Virus record (IMG/VR): IMGVR_UViG_3300029612_000018
Source: a virus
Reading direction: 5' to 3' (one strand)
DNA: 41,036 nt
Positions 20,401-27,745 of the stretch are shown piece by piece. Positions within the stretch are counted from its first letter, which is position 1. Each line of letters begins with the position of its first letter. Under the pieces are notes generated by a model. It did not search any database. It was not told where the DNA came from and saw only the letters and a list, made by a program, of their open reading frames with translations. The position numbers and the translations under genes are program-made.

Positions 20401-22235
20401 CAGCAAATATCTCTTCGGCTATCAAACAGTTATCTTCTTATCCATTGGCAGCGGCAAGGGTAGGCTGGAAAGCAACCCTTGCAGGACTTAAACACATTCG
20501 TCCGGGAAAGCATACTCCGTTTTTAAACAGAGCGTTACCCGACAGCTACAAGCAAAGTATTCCGTATGATGAAATTGCTAAATATACTCCTATACTTGAA
20601 TACAGAAAACAGGGCAACAACAGCCGTGAAATGGCAGAAATCAGCAGATACAAAGGCTTGATTGACAGTTCGGGTTGGGTAGGACATACTCTTGACCGTT
20701 TAAACTGGATCGAAAAAAATGATGTGCTTATGGTAGAAATGAACTACTGGATTGCCTATGAGCATGTAAAGGGCAATATGGGAATATCTCCCGACAGTAA
20801 GGAATTTATGCCGAATGTTGCAAAAACGCTTGAGGACATTATTAACAATATGATGCCTAACAGTTCGGTAATGCAACAAGGACAGATTTTGAGAAGTAAA
20901 AATCCCGTGAACAGAATATTTACAATTTGCAAAAGTCAGGTTTTCTGTATGGTAAATGCCGCAATGGACGCAAGCGGTGAATACAACGCAAGGCTTAAAG
21001 ATTACAAACAGGCTGCAAGTGAATTTGAAAAGAAGCAGGCGAGAACGGAAGTTAAGATTGCAAAGAAACAGCTTGCAAGGACCTACTCCGCAATTATTGT
21101 CAGTACAGCTATGACCTGCGGAATTTTGATGCCGTTGATAGCCGCATTGTTCGGCAAGTGGGACAGATACCGTGACGAGGACGGCAATATTACTCCGTGG
21201 TCTGTCGGTTCAAGGCTGTTGAAGGATTTCGGTTCTGAATTAACGGGCATGTTCCTTTTCGGTGACACGGTGTACAATACCGTATTAGCACTCATTGATA
21301 AAAACGAAGAATTTTACGGATTATCTCTTCCGGGTGTTGACACGATTAATGACTTTATAACGGGAATCATAAACATTGCCCGTTCCGATACACCCGAAAA
21401 GCTGAGAAAAAATATTTCTTCACTTGTGGGAACACTCGGAATGCTGACAGGACTTCCAACAAAGAATTTGATGAACTTGTTTCAGGGAGCATGCAATCAC
21501 ATTGAAAACTTCACAAAATACGGCGGTACACCGACTGTTAATGACTACGGTGAAGTGTCTATGCAGATGTATGCTAATTACTGCTATGAGGCTCTTATTG
21601 ACGGCGACAAAAAGAAATTTGCAAAACTTTATTCAGAATGGCTGAAAGGAAAGACTTCCACAGGCAAGCAGGTTGATAAAAGCTATATTAACAGCAAACT
21701 GAAAACAGAGCTTGAAGATGATACGGAAATCATTGCCGCAGGAAATGCGTTCTTTAACGGCGATTTGACGGCATATGAAAATACGGTTGAAAAGTATTCT
21801 GACTTAGGCTTTGACAAAACAACCGTTGTAAAAGCCATTAATTCGATTGTCAGTGACCTTGAAGATGAACAAAAAAATGCAGAAGGACTTGATAAGTACG
21901 ACAATGAAGAAGAGAGTGACAGCAAACCCGAATTGTACAAGTATTCGGATGCATTTGACTTTTTGAAGAACGGCGATACTGAAAGCTATGAAAAGGTTGA
22001 AAAATACCTTATGGAGCATAAAGGTAAGACAAAGAATCAAATGAAAAAGCTGATGCAGAGTGCAAGCCGAACTGATCCTATATTTAAAAAGTATATTGAG
22101 GCAAGCAAAAGCAATGATGCAGATACAACGCACACATTGTACAGACAGTTACTGAATATCTACGGCTCTGAAAGCAAGTTTAAATCAGCTCTCAGAAAAT
22201 GTCAGGATAAAATCAAAAAGCAAAAAAGTAAATAA
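11487..22235 (+). CDS. giant multi-domain virion protein (polyvalent-protein type)
   Basis: Uninterrupted ORF of about 3,582 codons from ATG 11487 (the ORF track starts at GTG 11472). Recognised by eye: HEAGH zincin motif at 14883-14897; two MuF-C-terminal-like modules (~15380-15990 and ~19580-20075); a FIRWFGDW...VVDNNGEPLVLYHQT module (~16050-16770); a Gly/Ala-rich hydrophobic region (~12935-13690); a C-terminal TM helix (~21085-21165). Confidence 0.85.
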   Translation: MAQQRKRTAGDDLRDFKAGKISGNFYHNGIDRSDNYIQHTSAPRYITDENGKTQVASYNEWIQQEVFQHQHDLPNDTSSTSSNNKTATNDISVKSSNNTSSSAGSDIKSFFSGNLNNANSSAEDLKDAIKNPNKSLNDRVKGLTYMYNAAVATGDTKTAEKMQKEYDELADRVNKQTEINRHNAKEYARSQSLKGMTEERKALVDERNKYALDNGLVTSTGIDTRKKDRYKVYSEYNSKIDELDKQIAEKQRNGEYDLSDSQKAVLADIGNKANKLTESFENKYKNSTLEQRLNARLHATTSELNWLNKHMYDNATSEELEKYNRELSKEYENLYDRGTTGTDENKEARRRNIEDEQDKIDTYINRAKLSEQKKKEYDDIVDKNVILKTVMQKYYALQHYDDTKHMLASTGHDTDSIKNQVTLDDYNYINKLSDKERTQIEKNFKNLKKEGYDTESLYKWYERERDEEKAAETTRISTEYADEHPILGSIASVGARLGGAVPDAAKYISTDLDKKYNGGDGYINPEATNTAISDAMRAKVSENINNDFGSFLYNTGMSMADFASLLPLNAVPGGQALSLGIMGTSAGVGSANEVINNGGTIDNAVKTGIAAGIAETLFEKVSLEQLSAFKASGKSTFRAAVGNVLKGAFTEGSEEAFTDLANRLTDDAINKDLSSYNLSKKNYMEQGMSEAEAENAASWDFWKNVGLDFAGGAISGGVLNLATAGINLAGAKIDMAQNKESNAQIGKAVMADENFDLDLLIRQGLATDKNDRAYNYAHKMQKLVETDNEGKISAGDVGNLMYLINREVGKNPELVNKIAQVKKQNTREQSNQTVNAQNEQSPTQQNTAQNGQQNAEQAQASTVINATKKADTEDIGKMYGVYAFGKKHPNGIIATDTSTGKVVKVALKSLESSAKINRSDEENTLVFNTNDGKQVNADSITFSDSQFDTIVHSANEFDTYGARNYISNFEEWRESPQAQRMTDDEMLYKYNKAYSAAYSFGREGVKLDSLRETSEYTILKNILGEQIVSQALSTGRRDVDINTQHHANRLTELINRNGRADTSGVSVYADSGTDVSHIPQELINTLGNLATKTGRNIIISDRLADGVNGVAKDGNIILSSEISSQKILATALHEAGHMIKKTNPTEWRTLSDFVADYLVRKGVDLNKMIDRTIERYGNRLQADEHENTRDAALEEIVCDTLMSIASDEKALNIALSTKQNKSKIAAAIKSLIEKVKNWLIDKSTNYGAKAFAKDLEALENLAQRFSEAADTARENITEQAEVQNGERLDVEKYSIGSTDNIVQAEFEKKVDEIEKNTYNSDNVVIMGITPKILQKIGLAPLPLAMTKNHIYSVAVSDTRAKSEGRYHKNTNYHNLGFDTVKDIYNKISDPLMVIAHPDFAVKKNKSKDSTHKVVVLVDLSVGGKQVIAPITVDYEGMYNNTHIDVNLVATYFDKDNINDYIKEAIALETMGKTGFFYLDKKRTQNIFKKSGYQLPSRLKNSGSNIIIRPIDDIVNKKINNITQSKQFIRWFGDWQNSPAKASKVVDNNGEPLVLYHQTEKEFTTFDTKQKGSGEFDSEMPTGIFMKPTNNDIGVGGNIQMPLYASIKNPLIVNNRSELVKFYDKNVQGYTKAKSAIDSVNKEYKAKFNEEMKRENEEYQKLWNAKKNGEISEEEYQKSISRDALDEIMEEWENKVNEASHNAKALIDDYFKNSNYDGVIVNNDVGSFGRSTKTFIAFENTQVKSATDNIGTFDGNNPDIRYSLDEDYDFTDEDEKAGAIHDTLNFSIDDEYDDWLVNDDGKSVFDAVKDEKNPDRRISILYHYAGKTAEHGMRVGKDIRIGQSGMHRLVCNVLQEYGVNLNGKNKSRIEAFKSVVNDFENSVKNDTQSFNDAIESLAEECKEYLKKSSLIDKKHSEWAKDLSDSLKEVTLVIPKGDIDFIKSAYGSITNFRKALMGKINIRTAKGYALIESVNEGSIEDVGNSISEIIGDIAGIDETFNWRSEEGYKTLERFINYDLAEHFVSIDGKSVQSIDEMAIEMAFDVATEYLKQQAKEVVLDNNANKELLHSITEIYNQANEEHKLLLKEKNARYAEQISEQKKNAEKQIKSLVRKNNKKTEQYIKNDIKLRNKIKSDAKEYRITLRATKKTVAEEYRAERDKTKYRQKISTTLERLINRHLKPKPSNNVPISVVKPLYRLLSELTGNYSGFSKGVNDITEKTGYNKTVNQKDERVNKVTLSAETEKLISALNSEIANTDGKITLPPAMRNALLGYNVFDNKGNIKQHFTGLLEDVRNIFEKAEKNGKTSLKDFSLSELKRISTAFSEVKKLLDAANKIVINGKEYDAYLVSRKGAEELKKVTGTHKKGSNTQASTAKRTLLAYRKYMSDPIRFARMISGYHNDSVIVQLMDMLNQGQSDAEQLSIDWTNKYEEQMSRFSYKAKKDYVREQAMEFDGIDPNTKEELVDKKTGEQVKVGLTADMLVEMLLEYEDEYGRAHMMYSGYQVPNIKYIKRKNQQLMYSKDSGCYILPTESDISRIRDYVMNNEIAKTVYEICREMYNEDMQNAVNKVSNEKYGYEIAKVKNYCPITIDEDTVYGTFADVLINRSINSRAFLHERENFKYNRLKLKGATAKLTSQIKSVSSWCGLTMPIETFNRVFNMPRYDHKNDSLVKAVQEENLNSAENIRQKNNTHADEEEKSKLSIDEHFTDKYDEWDKKGGRFSFRVGTTSEVLQRLGVDDKNIWWDTSKILKIKNKHPEMTDDILKQVPNVLKSPIIVMESYTVKGRLVLFGDVYDAKNNPVLVALELNPIGEGGKSLDIIKIASAYGKDSNLQHMIDKSNILYVEPNEKRTHTWLTGNGLQLPLPSSKYGFSDNIKSQNQGDVKYSVEKEAHSTLSIDEVLDFIEREEKQKKKKESTSTTEYFPSMKEIMKQQWGNESEEYISKLMGDLQGSTKQADPGRIDMLTGKYIRAVLTANISSAIKQLSSYPLAAARVGWKATLAGLKHIRPGKHTPFLNRALPDSYKQSIPYDEIAKYTPILEYRKQGNNSREMAEISRYKGLIDSSGWVGHTLDRLNWIEKNDVLMVEMNYWIAYEHVKGNMGISPDSKEFMPNVAKTLEDIINNMMPNSSVMQQGQILRSKNPVNRIFTICKSQVFCMVNAAMDASGEYNARLKDYKQAASEFEKKQARTEVKIAKKQLARTYSAIIVSTAMTCGILMPLIAALFGKWDRYRDEDGNITPWSVGSRLLKDFGSELTGMFLFGDTVYNTVLALIDKNEEFYGLSLPGVDTINDFITGIINIARSDTPEKLRKNISSLVGTLGMLTGLPTKNLMNLFQGACNHIENFTKYGGTPTVNDYGEVSMQMYANYCYEALIDGDKKKFAKLYSEWLKGKTSTGKQVDKSYINSKLKTELEDDTEIIAAGNAFFNGDLTAYENTVEKYSDLGFDKTTVVKAINSIVSDLEDEQKNAEGLDKYDNEEESDSKPELYKYSDAFDFLKNGDTESYEKVEKYLMEHKGKTKNQMKKLMQSASRTDPIFKKYIEASKSNDADTTHTLYRQLLNIYGSESKFKSALRKCQDKIKKQKSK

Positions 22236-22243
22236 ACAAATTG

Positions 22244-22272
22244 AGGGCAGCGGAAACGCTGTCCTTTTTTGT
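22244..22272 (+). terminator. rho-independent terminator after the giant ORF
   Basis: GGGCAGCG(GAAA)CGCTGTCC stem followed by TTTTTTG. Confidence 0.8.
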
Positions 22273-22274
22273 GG

Positions 22275-22311
22275 GTTTTAACTTTTTTGAGTTCGCAGAA
22301 AACTATATAAT
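22275..22311 (+). promoter_or_regulatory. candidate late promoter, copy 3 of 3
   Basis: GTTTTAACTTTTTTG at 22275-22289, then TATAAT at 22306-22311, 22 nt after TTAACT. Confidence 0.6.
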
Positions 22312-22336
22312 GTAATTAACGATAGGGGGCGGCATT

Positions 22337-24742
22337 ATGAATACGCTGAAATTTGAAGTATATAAAAATACCCTGAAACGCAGAGACGGATTTAATCCGG
22401 TTCTCGGTGAAAAGAAATACACTAAAATCAAATGCTATTTTATGGAATCCGACTGGGACAACTGCGCTCTTGTTACGGCAAATTTTATGAGCGAAAAAGA
22501 TAATATCGTTAAAAGTACAGTGAGCCTTACAACTGATGACAAAACCGCAGTGTTTGACATACCGTCAGAGCTTGAGGGGGATAAAGTCTATTTCAGCCTG
22601 ACCGGAAGTTATGCAGATAGCAATGGCAATACAGTAACACTCAATACCAACCTTGTCGGAATTAACAGGCAGAAAGGTATGTTGCCGAGTGCTTCAACTG
22701 GCATAAGCCTTTTCGAGAAAATTATAGTGGCTGTAAACAGTATGGCATCAAGACTGAAAGATACGCTGAATCAATTCATGAACACATATCCGAATGTTGA
22801 TGCAAGTAATTTGACTTGGCTCAACGTCAGATCGTTAGGAGTAGATAACACAGGCGCTGACACTACTCTTGGTATGCTTGTATTTTATCCGCTTGACAAC
22901 AGAACTTTATATTTTCCGAAGGGAACATATAAATGCAACGGGTTAGCCCTCGAAAATGTTGAAAATCTGACAATTATATGTGATAATGCTGAATTTATTT
23001 ATTGCAATAAAGCTACTGACAACACAGACTCAGCAGGCACAAGTGTACAAAGTACATTTTTCAAATTTACCGGTTGTAAGAATCTGACCGTTATTGACGG
23101 TAACTTTGACGGCAAAAATAAAGTGTCACAGATTATTACTTTGATTAATTGCCCAAATGCAAACATAGACAATGTTAATATATCTAATGCAGGCAATGCT
23201 TTATCGGCAACAGCGGCAGGTATTAATTTTTTGAGAAACTGCTCACACTTTAATGTCAGAAATGCCAAAATATCAGGCATTAAAGCCGGAACTGTCGGCC
23301 CAGACGGATACATTCATTCATTTGGCATTGGCGTGACAAGCGCAGGAAACGGGTACAGTCAACACGGTAACATTGTTAATGTGCGAATTAATGATATTGA
23401 CGGATATAATTCCGGAGATGTTAAGCCGGACGGTGACGGTATCTACTTGATCGAAAGGCCGACCGATGATTTCAGCGGTGACGGCTATATTAATATTTCA
23501 AGGTGCGAAATAAAGGGATGTGCCAAAAGAGGAATTAAGGTTTCAACAAGGCATGTCAATATCTCAGACTGCTATATTGATGTTGACAGCTGGGGCTCGG
23601 CAATTGAGGCGCAGTACGGTAAGTTGACATTGAGGGATTCAATTATCAAGAACAGATATGCAAGCTGTCTGACTCTCGACTGGGACAACGGCACTAACTA
23701 CATTGACAATTGTAAACTCTACGGTGCAGGAAAAGACGAAAGCTCAAAGTACGGCAATTACAAGGGCAATGGTATTGTGCTTAATCAGAGGTTGTCGTCA
23801 AGAGACGAACCGTACAGTGATGAGCCGTGCAATATCAGCATTAACAACTGCTTCGTTGACGGTGTATTCTCTCCGATTATTTCGGGATATGACAATAACA
23901 TCAAGTACAAGTACGGAAACATTGTTGTTGATAACCTTAAAATTGGTCACTACAGAGATGCATCGGCAATCAAGCTCAATTCTACTATGATGACAGATGT
24001 CAATCGGCTTGTACTTTCGGATATTATGTATCAGTACGGAACAACAGAAGCAGAAGTGCTGAACGCAAACAATGAGTATTATGCTCTTAGTAATACGGCA
24101 GGAACTACAATTAATCTCGGCACACTGTCATCATATGTTAATCCTAAGCGATTGGTATATGACACAAATCTTACCGATGATTACAATGAAATCTTTAAGT
24201 TTTATAACCTTAACAATGCAGACTTTGGCGGTGAGACAGCAAAGGTGACAGATGTGCTTGAAGATTCACCGAACAGTGCAGATATTGCCGACGGAACCTA
24301 TACAAGTGTAACCAATACTAATTTAAGTGTGTCAGTCGCTGACGGTACAATGAATGTAGCTTGTTCAACGGCATACGCTTCTGCATCATATGTCTATATT
24401 CCAATTTCAAGCATTACTCTTGACGGAAATGTATTTGACTTTGTTGTTTCTGATATAAGCAAGACAACAGCAGATGTTACTTTAACGCTTGCCAATGCCA
24501 AGAAGGCTACAATTGCCGGATTAACTGAATTTGCGCTAAACAAAACAGTAAAATCAACCATTGTAGGTAATGTCAGCGGTACGGCATCGTTTGTCCGCAT
24601 TAAGCTCAATGCAAACAAAACGGCAAGCCTCTCGTGCAAGGTCAACTTTAAAAATCGCCAAAAGGTTTTAAAAGGACAGGTGGAAGCAAGATTGAAAATT
24701 CTTGAAGAGAAAATAAAAACATTGGAAGGTGCAAACGCGTGA
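22337..24742 (+). CDS. tail spike / receptor-binding protein with a right-handed beta-helix (pectate-lyase-like) core
   Basis: 801 aa with RBS AGGGGG. The block LNVRSLGVDNTGADTT...LYFPKGTYKCNG and the repetitive N/I/G-rich turns are typical of pectate_lyase_3-like depolymerase tail spikes. C-terminal coiled coil present. Confidence 0.75.
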   Translation: MNTLKFEVYKNTLKRRDGFNPVLGEKKYTKIKCYFMESDWDNCALVTANFMSEKDNIVKSTVSLTTDDKTAVFDIPSELEGDKVYFSLTGSYADSNGNTVTLNTNLVGINRQKGMLPSASTGISLFEKIIVAVNSMASRLKDTLNQFMNTYPNVDASNLTWLNVRSLGVDNTGADTTLGMLVFYPLDNRTLYFPKGTYKCNGLALENVENLTIICDNAEFIYCNKATDNTDSAGTSVQSTFFKFTGCKNLTVIDGNFDGKNKVSQIITLINCPNANIDNVNISNAGNALSATAAGINFLRNCSHFNVRNAKISGIKAGTVGPDGYIHSFGIGVTSAGNGYSQHGNIVNVRINDIDGYNSGDVKPDGDGIYLIERPTDDFSGDGYINISRCEIKGCAKRGIKVSTRHVNISDCYIDVDSWGSAIEAQYGKLTLRDSIIKNRYASCLTLDWDNGTNYIDNCKLYGAGKDESSKYGNYKGNGIVLNQRLSSRDEPYSDEPCNISINNCFVDGVFSPIISGYDNNIKYKYGNIVVDNLKIGHYRDASAIKLNSTMMTDVNRLVLSDIMYQYGTTEAEVLNANNEYYALSNTAGTTINLGTLSSYVNPKRLVYDTNLTDDYNEIFKFYNLNNADFGGETAKVTDVLEDSPNSADIADGTYTSVTNTNLSVSVADGTMNVACSTAYASASYVYIPISSITLDGNVFDFVVSDISKTTADVTLTLANAKKATIAGLTEFALNKTVKSTIVGNVSGTASFVRIKLNANKTASLSCKVNFKNRQKVLKGQVEARLKILEEKIKTLEGANA

Positions 24743-25056
24743 TAGATTGGATTATACAATATTGGCTACAAGCTCTATTCGGTATAATACTTGCAGCAAT
24801 TGTTGCGATAGTAAAAACGCAGTGGAGCAAAATTAAGGCTATTGGCAAAGGCACACAGTCATTGCTTAGGGCGGAGCTTATCCGGTCGGGCGAAAAATAT
24901 ATCGAAAGAGGCTGGATTGAAATTTATGCAAAAGATGCATATGATAAGTGCTATCAGTCATATCATCATCTTGGGCAAAACGGCACAATGGACGATATGC
25001 ATGAGAAGGTCATGAACTTACAAACGAACCCTATTGATAAAGGTGACAATAAATGA
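24739..25056 (+). CDS. membrane protein of the lysis region (one N-terminal TM helix)
   Basis: 105 aa, GTG start overlapping the tail-spike TGA, with RBS GGAAGGTG. Hydrophobic helix WLQALFGIILAAIVAIV. Function not recognised. Confidence 0.55.
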   Translation: MIDWIIQYWLQALFGIILAAIVAIVKTQWSKIKAIGKGTQSLLRAELIRSGEKYIERGWIEIYAKDAYDKCYQSYHHLGQNGTMDDMHEKVMNLQTNPIDKGDNK

Positions 25057-25313
25057 TTACAATTGATTTTGCACTCTCACATAGTTTTATTCGTATTGTT
25101 AAACGTACCCTTGTAACAAGCCAAAGCCAAAACTATGTTCAAGCACGTTTTGACTTGCGTTCGGATGACTGGACGGCGACTATTACAGCAATTTTTAAAG
25201 CTGACAATGACAATAATGCTTACTCAATGTTGATTGACAAGAACAACACTTGCATAATCCCGTGGGAAGTTTTAAGAAACACAATGTACTTTTACGGACG
25301 GCGAACAGATTAA
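25053..25313 (+). CDS. short protein resembling the N-terminal domain of the tail spike; possibly a gene remnant
   Basis: 86 aa. The pattern NYVQARFDLRSDDW...AIF...IIPWEVL parallels KYTKIKCYFMESDW...ANF...DIPSEL in the 22337 protein. The ORF ends abruptly. Confidence 0.45.
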   Translation: MITIDFALSHSFIRIVKRTLVTSQSQNYVQARFDLRSDDWTATITAIFKADNDNNAYSMLIDKNNTCIIPWEVLRNTMYFYGRRTD

Positions 25314-25354
25314 CTTTTCGCTGATTTACAGGATATAACAAGGAGAATTTAAAA

Positions 25355-25615
25355 ATGGAACTTAAAGAAAAAATCACACTTGATATGCTCACAAAGGACA
25401 GCGTATCGGTACTCAGACAGCAGTTTTTGACCTTTAACGGTGAAGAAATGCAGGTCGGCGTAAACATCCGCAACGCATACATGAACGACGAATCCGGCAG
25501 AGAACAGTTGAGAAAGGTTCTCTCTGACGAATACTATAACGCTGTCATGGCAGTTTGGGGTGATAATCCAACCATTGACGAGCCGATAGAAAGCGAGGTC
25601 GAATTATCGCATTGA
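25355..25615 (+). CDS. hypothetical protein
   Basis: 86-aa ORF with RBS AAGGAG at good spacing. Confidence 0.6.
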   Translation: MELKEKITLDMLTKDSVSVLRQQFLTFNGEEMQVGVNIRNAYMNDESGREQLRKVLSDEYYNAVMAVWGDNPTIDEPIESEVELSH

Positions 25616-25703
25616 ACAGCACAACGCGGTTGTGGACGAAGAAATTAAGGTTGCCAATCATCGGATTGAGGACATTGAAAAGAACAACGAAAGGATGATA
25701 ACA

Positions 25704-25916
25704 ATGAAAAAAATCTTTACAAAACAGTGGGCAAAGGCGACAGCCGTCAGAGCAATTAAAACAGTCGCACAGACGGCTATTGCAACAATCGGTGTATCTG
25801 CCGTTATGACAGATGTAAACTGGGTTGCAGTAGGCTCTGCAAGCCTTTTGGCAGGTGTGCTTTCTGTGCTGACAAGCATTGCAGGCCTGCCCGAAGTAAG
25901 TGAAAGCGGGGAATAG
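25704..25916 (+). CDS. holin
   Basis: 70 aa from ATG 25704 (RBS GAAAGGA). Two TM helices and the pattern RAIKTVAQTAIA...SVLTSIAGLPE are typical of Firmicutes phage holins. The in-frame upstream GTG at 25632 is a possible long form. Confidence 0.65.
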   Translation: MKKIFTKQWAKATAVRAIKTVAQTAIATIGVSAVMTDVNWVAVGSASLLAGVLSVLTSIAGLPEVSESGE

Positions 25917-25918
25917 TT

Positions 25919-26662
25919 ATGAAAAATACCGTTACAAAACGACAGATTGACGAATTACTCGAAAAATCAGAAATTAAGGTCGAAACAGTTTACGGTAAGG
26001 TAACCGTTGTAAGTTGCAAACTGCCAAACGGATTTGTCTTAACTGAATCAAGCGGAGCAGTTTCCCCTGCAAACTATGATGAAAAAATCGGTACAGAAAT
26101 CTGTATGGAAAGAATTGAAAACAAATTGTGGGAACTTGAAGGATATGTCCTTGCAAAACAGCTTTACGAAAGAGAGGAAACAGTAATGGAACCTTATATC
26201 GGAGTTAAAAAAATTGAAACCGAGCCGATGACAAGAGGCGATTATAATACATACAGAGGCTGGCAGATACCTACGGACGAAAATCCGGATGATGAAGGTT
26301 ATCATGTTAAGCACGCTGACGGTCACGAGTCGTGGTCGCCCAAAGAAGATTTTGAAAACACATTTCTTGAAAAGGGAAAGAACCTTCTGAACGATACGGC
26401 GTTACTTATGAAGAGTACGGATTTCAAGGAAAGGTTTAAAGCAGAATATGAACAGTTGCTTATAAGAATAACCGGTTTACAGAGAATGCTTGAATCATAC
26501 AAAGCAGGAAAACTTCCGTTCAAGCCAAACTGTTCGTATGAATTACTCTACGAACAGTTTGTACATATGAAAGGATATCTTAATACCCTTGAATTAAGAG
26601 CAACAATCGAAAAAATAAGTCTTGAAAAGGAGAACAAAAATGAACAGAGTAACTGCTGTTGA
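25919..26662 (+). CDS. Gp49-like domain protein, function unknown
   Basis: 247 aa. The N-terminal block KVTVVSCKLPNGFVLTESSGAVSPANYDEKIGTEICMERIENKLWELEGY resembles the phage Gp49/Gp66 N-terminal domain. A second block reads EGYHVKHADGHESWSPKEDFE. Confidence 0.55.
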   Translation: MKNTVTKRQIDELLEKSEIKVETVYGKVTVVSCKLPNGFVLTESSGAVSPANYDEKIGTEICMERIENKLWELEGYVLAKQLYEREETVMEPYIGVKKIETEPMTRGDYNTYRGWQIPTDENPDDEGYHVKHADGHESWSPKEDFENTFLEKGKNLLNDTALLMKSTDFKERFKAEYEQLLIRITGLQRMLESYKAGKLPFKPNCSYELLYEQFVHMKGYLNTLELRATIEKISLEKENKNEQSNCC

Positions 26663-27632
26663 TGTAAGTTTCTGCCAGACAAATGTTGATTATAAAAAGG
26701 TCAAGGCTGACGGTATAGACACGGTTATTATTCGTGCCGGCTTTGGCCGTGAAACTTACCAAAAGGACGCAGAGTTTGAAAAACATTACAAGAACGCAAA
26801 AGCCGCAGGTCTGAAAGTCGGTGTATATTGGTTTTCGTATGCGTACAGCGTTGCCGAGGCGAAAAAGGAAGCAAGTGCTTGCCTTCATTGCTTGAACGGC
26901 AGAAGACTTGATTTACCCGTGTTTTATGATTTGGAACTTGGTTCTCAGACCAAACTCGGTAAAGATACCTTAACAGCAATGGCAGTAGCATTTTCCGAGT
27001 GCATCAAAGTTCATGGCTATTCGGCCGGAGTGTACGCGAGCGCAAGCTGGTTTACAAGTTATCTCAACTACGAGAAACTTAAAAAGCAATATGCAATTTG
27101 GCTTGCTCAATGGGAGACAAACTCTCCATGCCGTACTTGCGACATTTGGCAGTGTTCCGACAGCGGAAAGGTCAACGGGATTAATGGTAATGTTGATACC
27201 GACATTGTATTTAATCCCAACTATTGGGGCAGTTCAGCAACAACGAGTACACCACCGAAATACTCCGGAATTAAAGCTGTGCAGGCTTGGGTAGGCACAA
27301 CGGTTGACGGTATCTATGGCCCTGATACAAAGAAAAAATTGATAATGAAGCTCCAAGAAGAGCTCAATCGCCAGTTCGGCATGAACCTTGTTGTTGACGG
27401 TATTTACGGAGTAGGAACACATAATGCTATTGTTGTACTCTCATATGGTTGTAGAGGTAATCTTACCAAAGTTTTGCAGGGCTTGCTCATCTGTAAAGGG
27501 TATGACACAAACGGCTTTGACGGTATTTACGGTGTTGGCACAAATATCGCAGTTAAATCATATCAGCGGACTCACTGTTTGAATGATGACGGTATCGCAG
27601 GTGGCAACACTTTCAGAAGTTTGTGCGCTTAA
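26640..27632 (+). CDS. endolysin: GH25 muramidase plus peptidoglycan-binding repeats
   Basis: Start at ATG 26640 behind AAAGGAG. N-terminal GH25-like blocks (VDVSFCQ, DTVIIRAGFG, VGVYWFSYA, FYDLE). The C-terminal DGIYGxxT repeats are typical of PG_binding_1. Confidence 0.9.
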   Translation: MNRVTAVDVSFCQTNVDYKKVKADGIDTVIIRAGFGRETYQKDAEFEKHYKNAKAAGLKVGVYWFSYAYSVAEAKKEASACLHCLNGRRLDLPVFYDLELGSQTKLGKDTLTAMAVAFSECIKVHGYSAGVYASASWFTSYLNYEKLKKQYAIWLAQWETNSPCRTCDIWQCSDSGKVNGINGNVDTDIVFNPNYWGSSATTSTPPKYSGIKAVQAWVGTTVDGIYGPDTKKKLIMKLQEELNRQFGMNLVVDGIYGVGTHNAIVVLSYGCRGNLTKVLQGLLICKGYDTNGFDGIYGVGTNIAVKSYQRTHCLNDDGIAGGNTFRSLCA

Positions 27633-27635
27633 TCC

Positions 27636-27657
27636 AAATCCAACACGAAATCCAACA
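27636..27657 (+). repeat. 22-bp direct repeat, copy A (candidate integrase arm-type site)
   Basis: AAATCCAACACGAAATCCAACA, identical to 27853-27874. It contains iterated ATCCAACA units and flanks the tRNA-like core. Confidence 0.7.
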
Positions 27658-27695
27658 CATCGAAAATAAAAGTCAGTATTTATCACAATAATAAA

Positions 27696-27732
27696 GCGGA
27701 GAGAATGGGTTCGAATCCCCTTCTCTCCGCCA
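27696..27732 (+). other. tRNA-like acceptor/T-arm minihelix; probable attP core matching the 3' end of a tRNA gene
   Basis: GGAGAGA-ATGGG-TTCGAAT-CCCCT-TCTCTCC-G-CCA. This is a 7-bp acceptor-type stem, a 5-bp T-stem with one T.C mismatch, a canonical T-loop, a discriminator G and an encoded CCA. No D arm or anticodon arm is present. Confidence 0.6.
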
Positions 27733-27745
27733 TATATAAAACTGA

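Noticed and set aside
11487-22235. Giant ORF as an N4-like or crAss-like virion RNA polymerase
   Set aside because: The size (~3,500 aa) invites the comparison. By eye I found no T7-like polymerase motifs (for example R...K.......YG in a convincing context) and no DxDGD-type double-psi beta-barrel motif. The motifs I did recognise point to a polyvalent effector protein. A profile search is needed to exclude this fully.
25620-25634. CACAAC-GCG-GTTGTG hairpin as an N4-style hairpin promoter or a terminator
   Set aside because: It is a single occurrence with no T-run and no recurring flanking consensus elsewhere in the window.
27696-27732. A complete tRNA gene
   Set aside because: Only acceptor and T-arm elements are present. 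The 5' acceptor strand abuts the T-stem directly, so there is no D arm, anticodon arm or variable region. I treated it as an attP core or tRNA-like minihelix instead.
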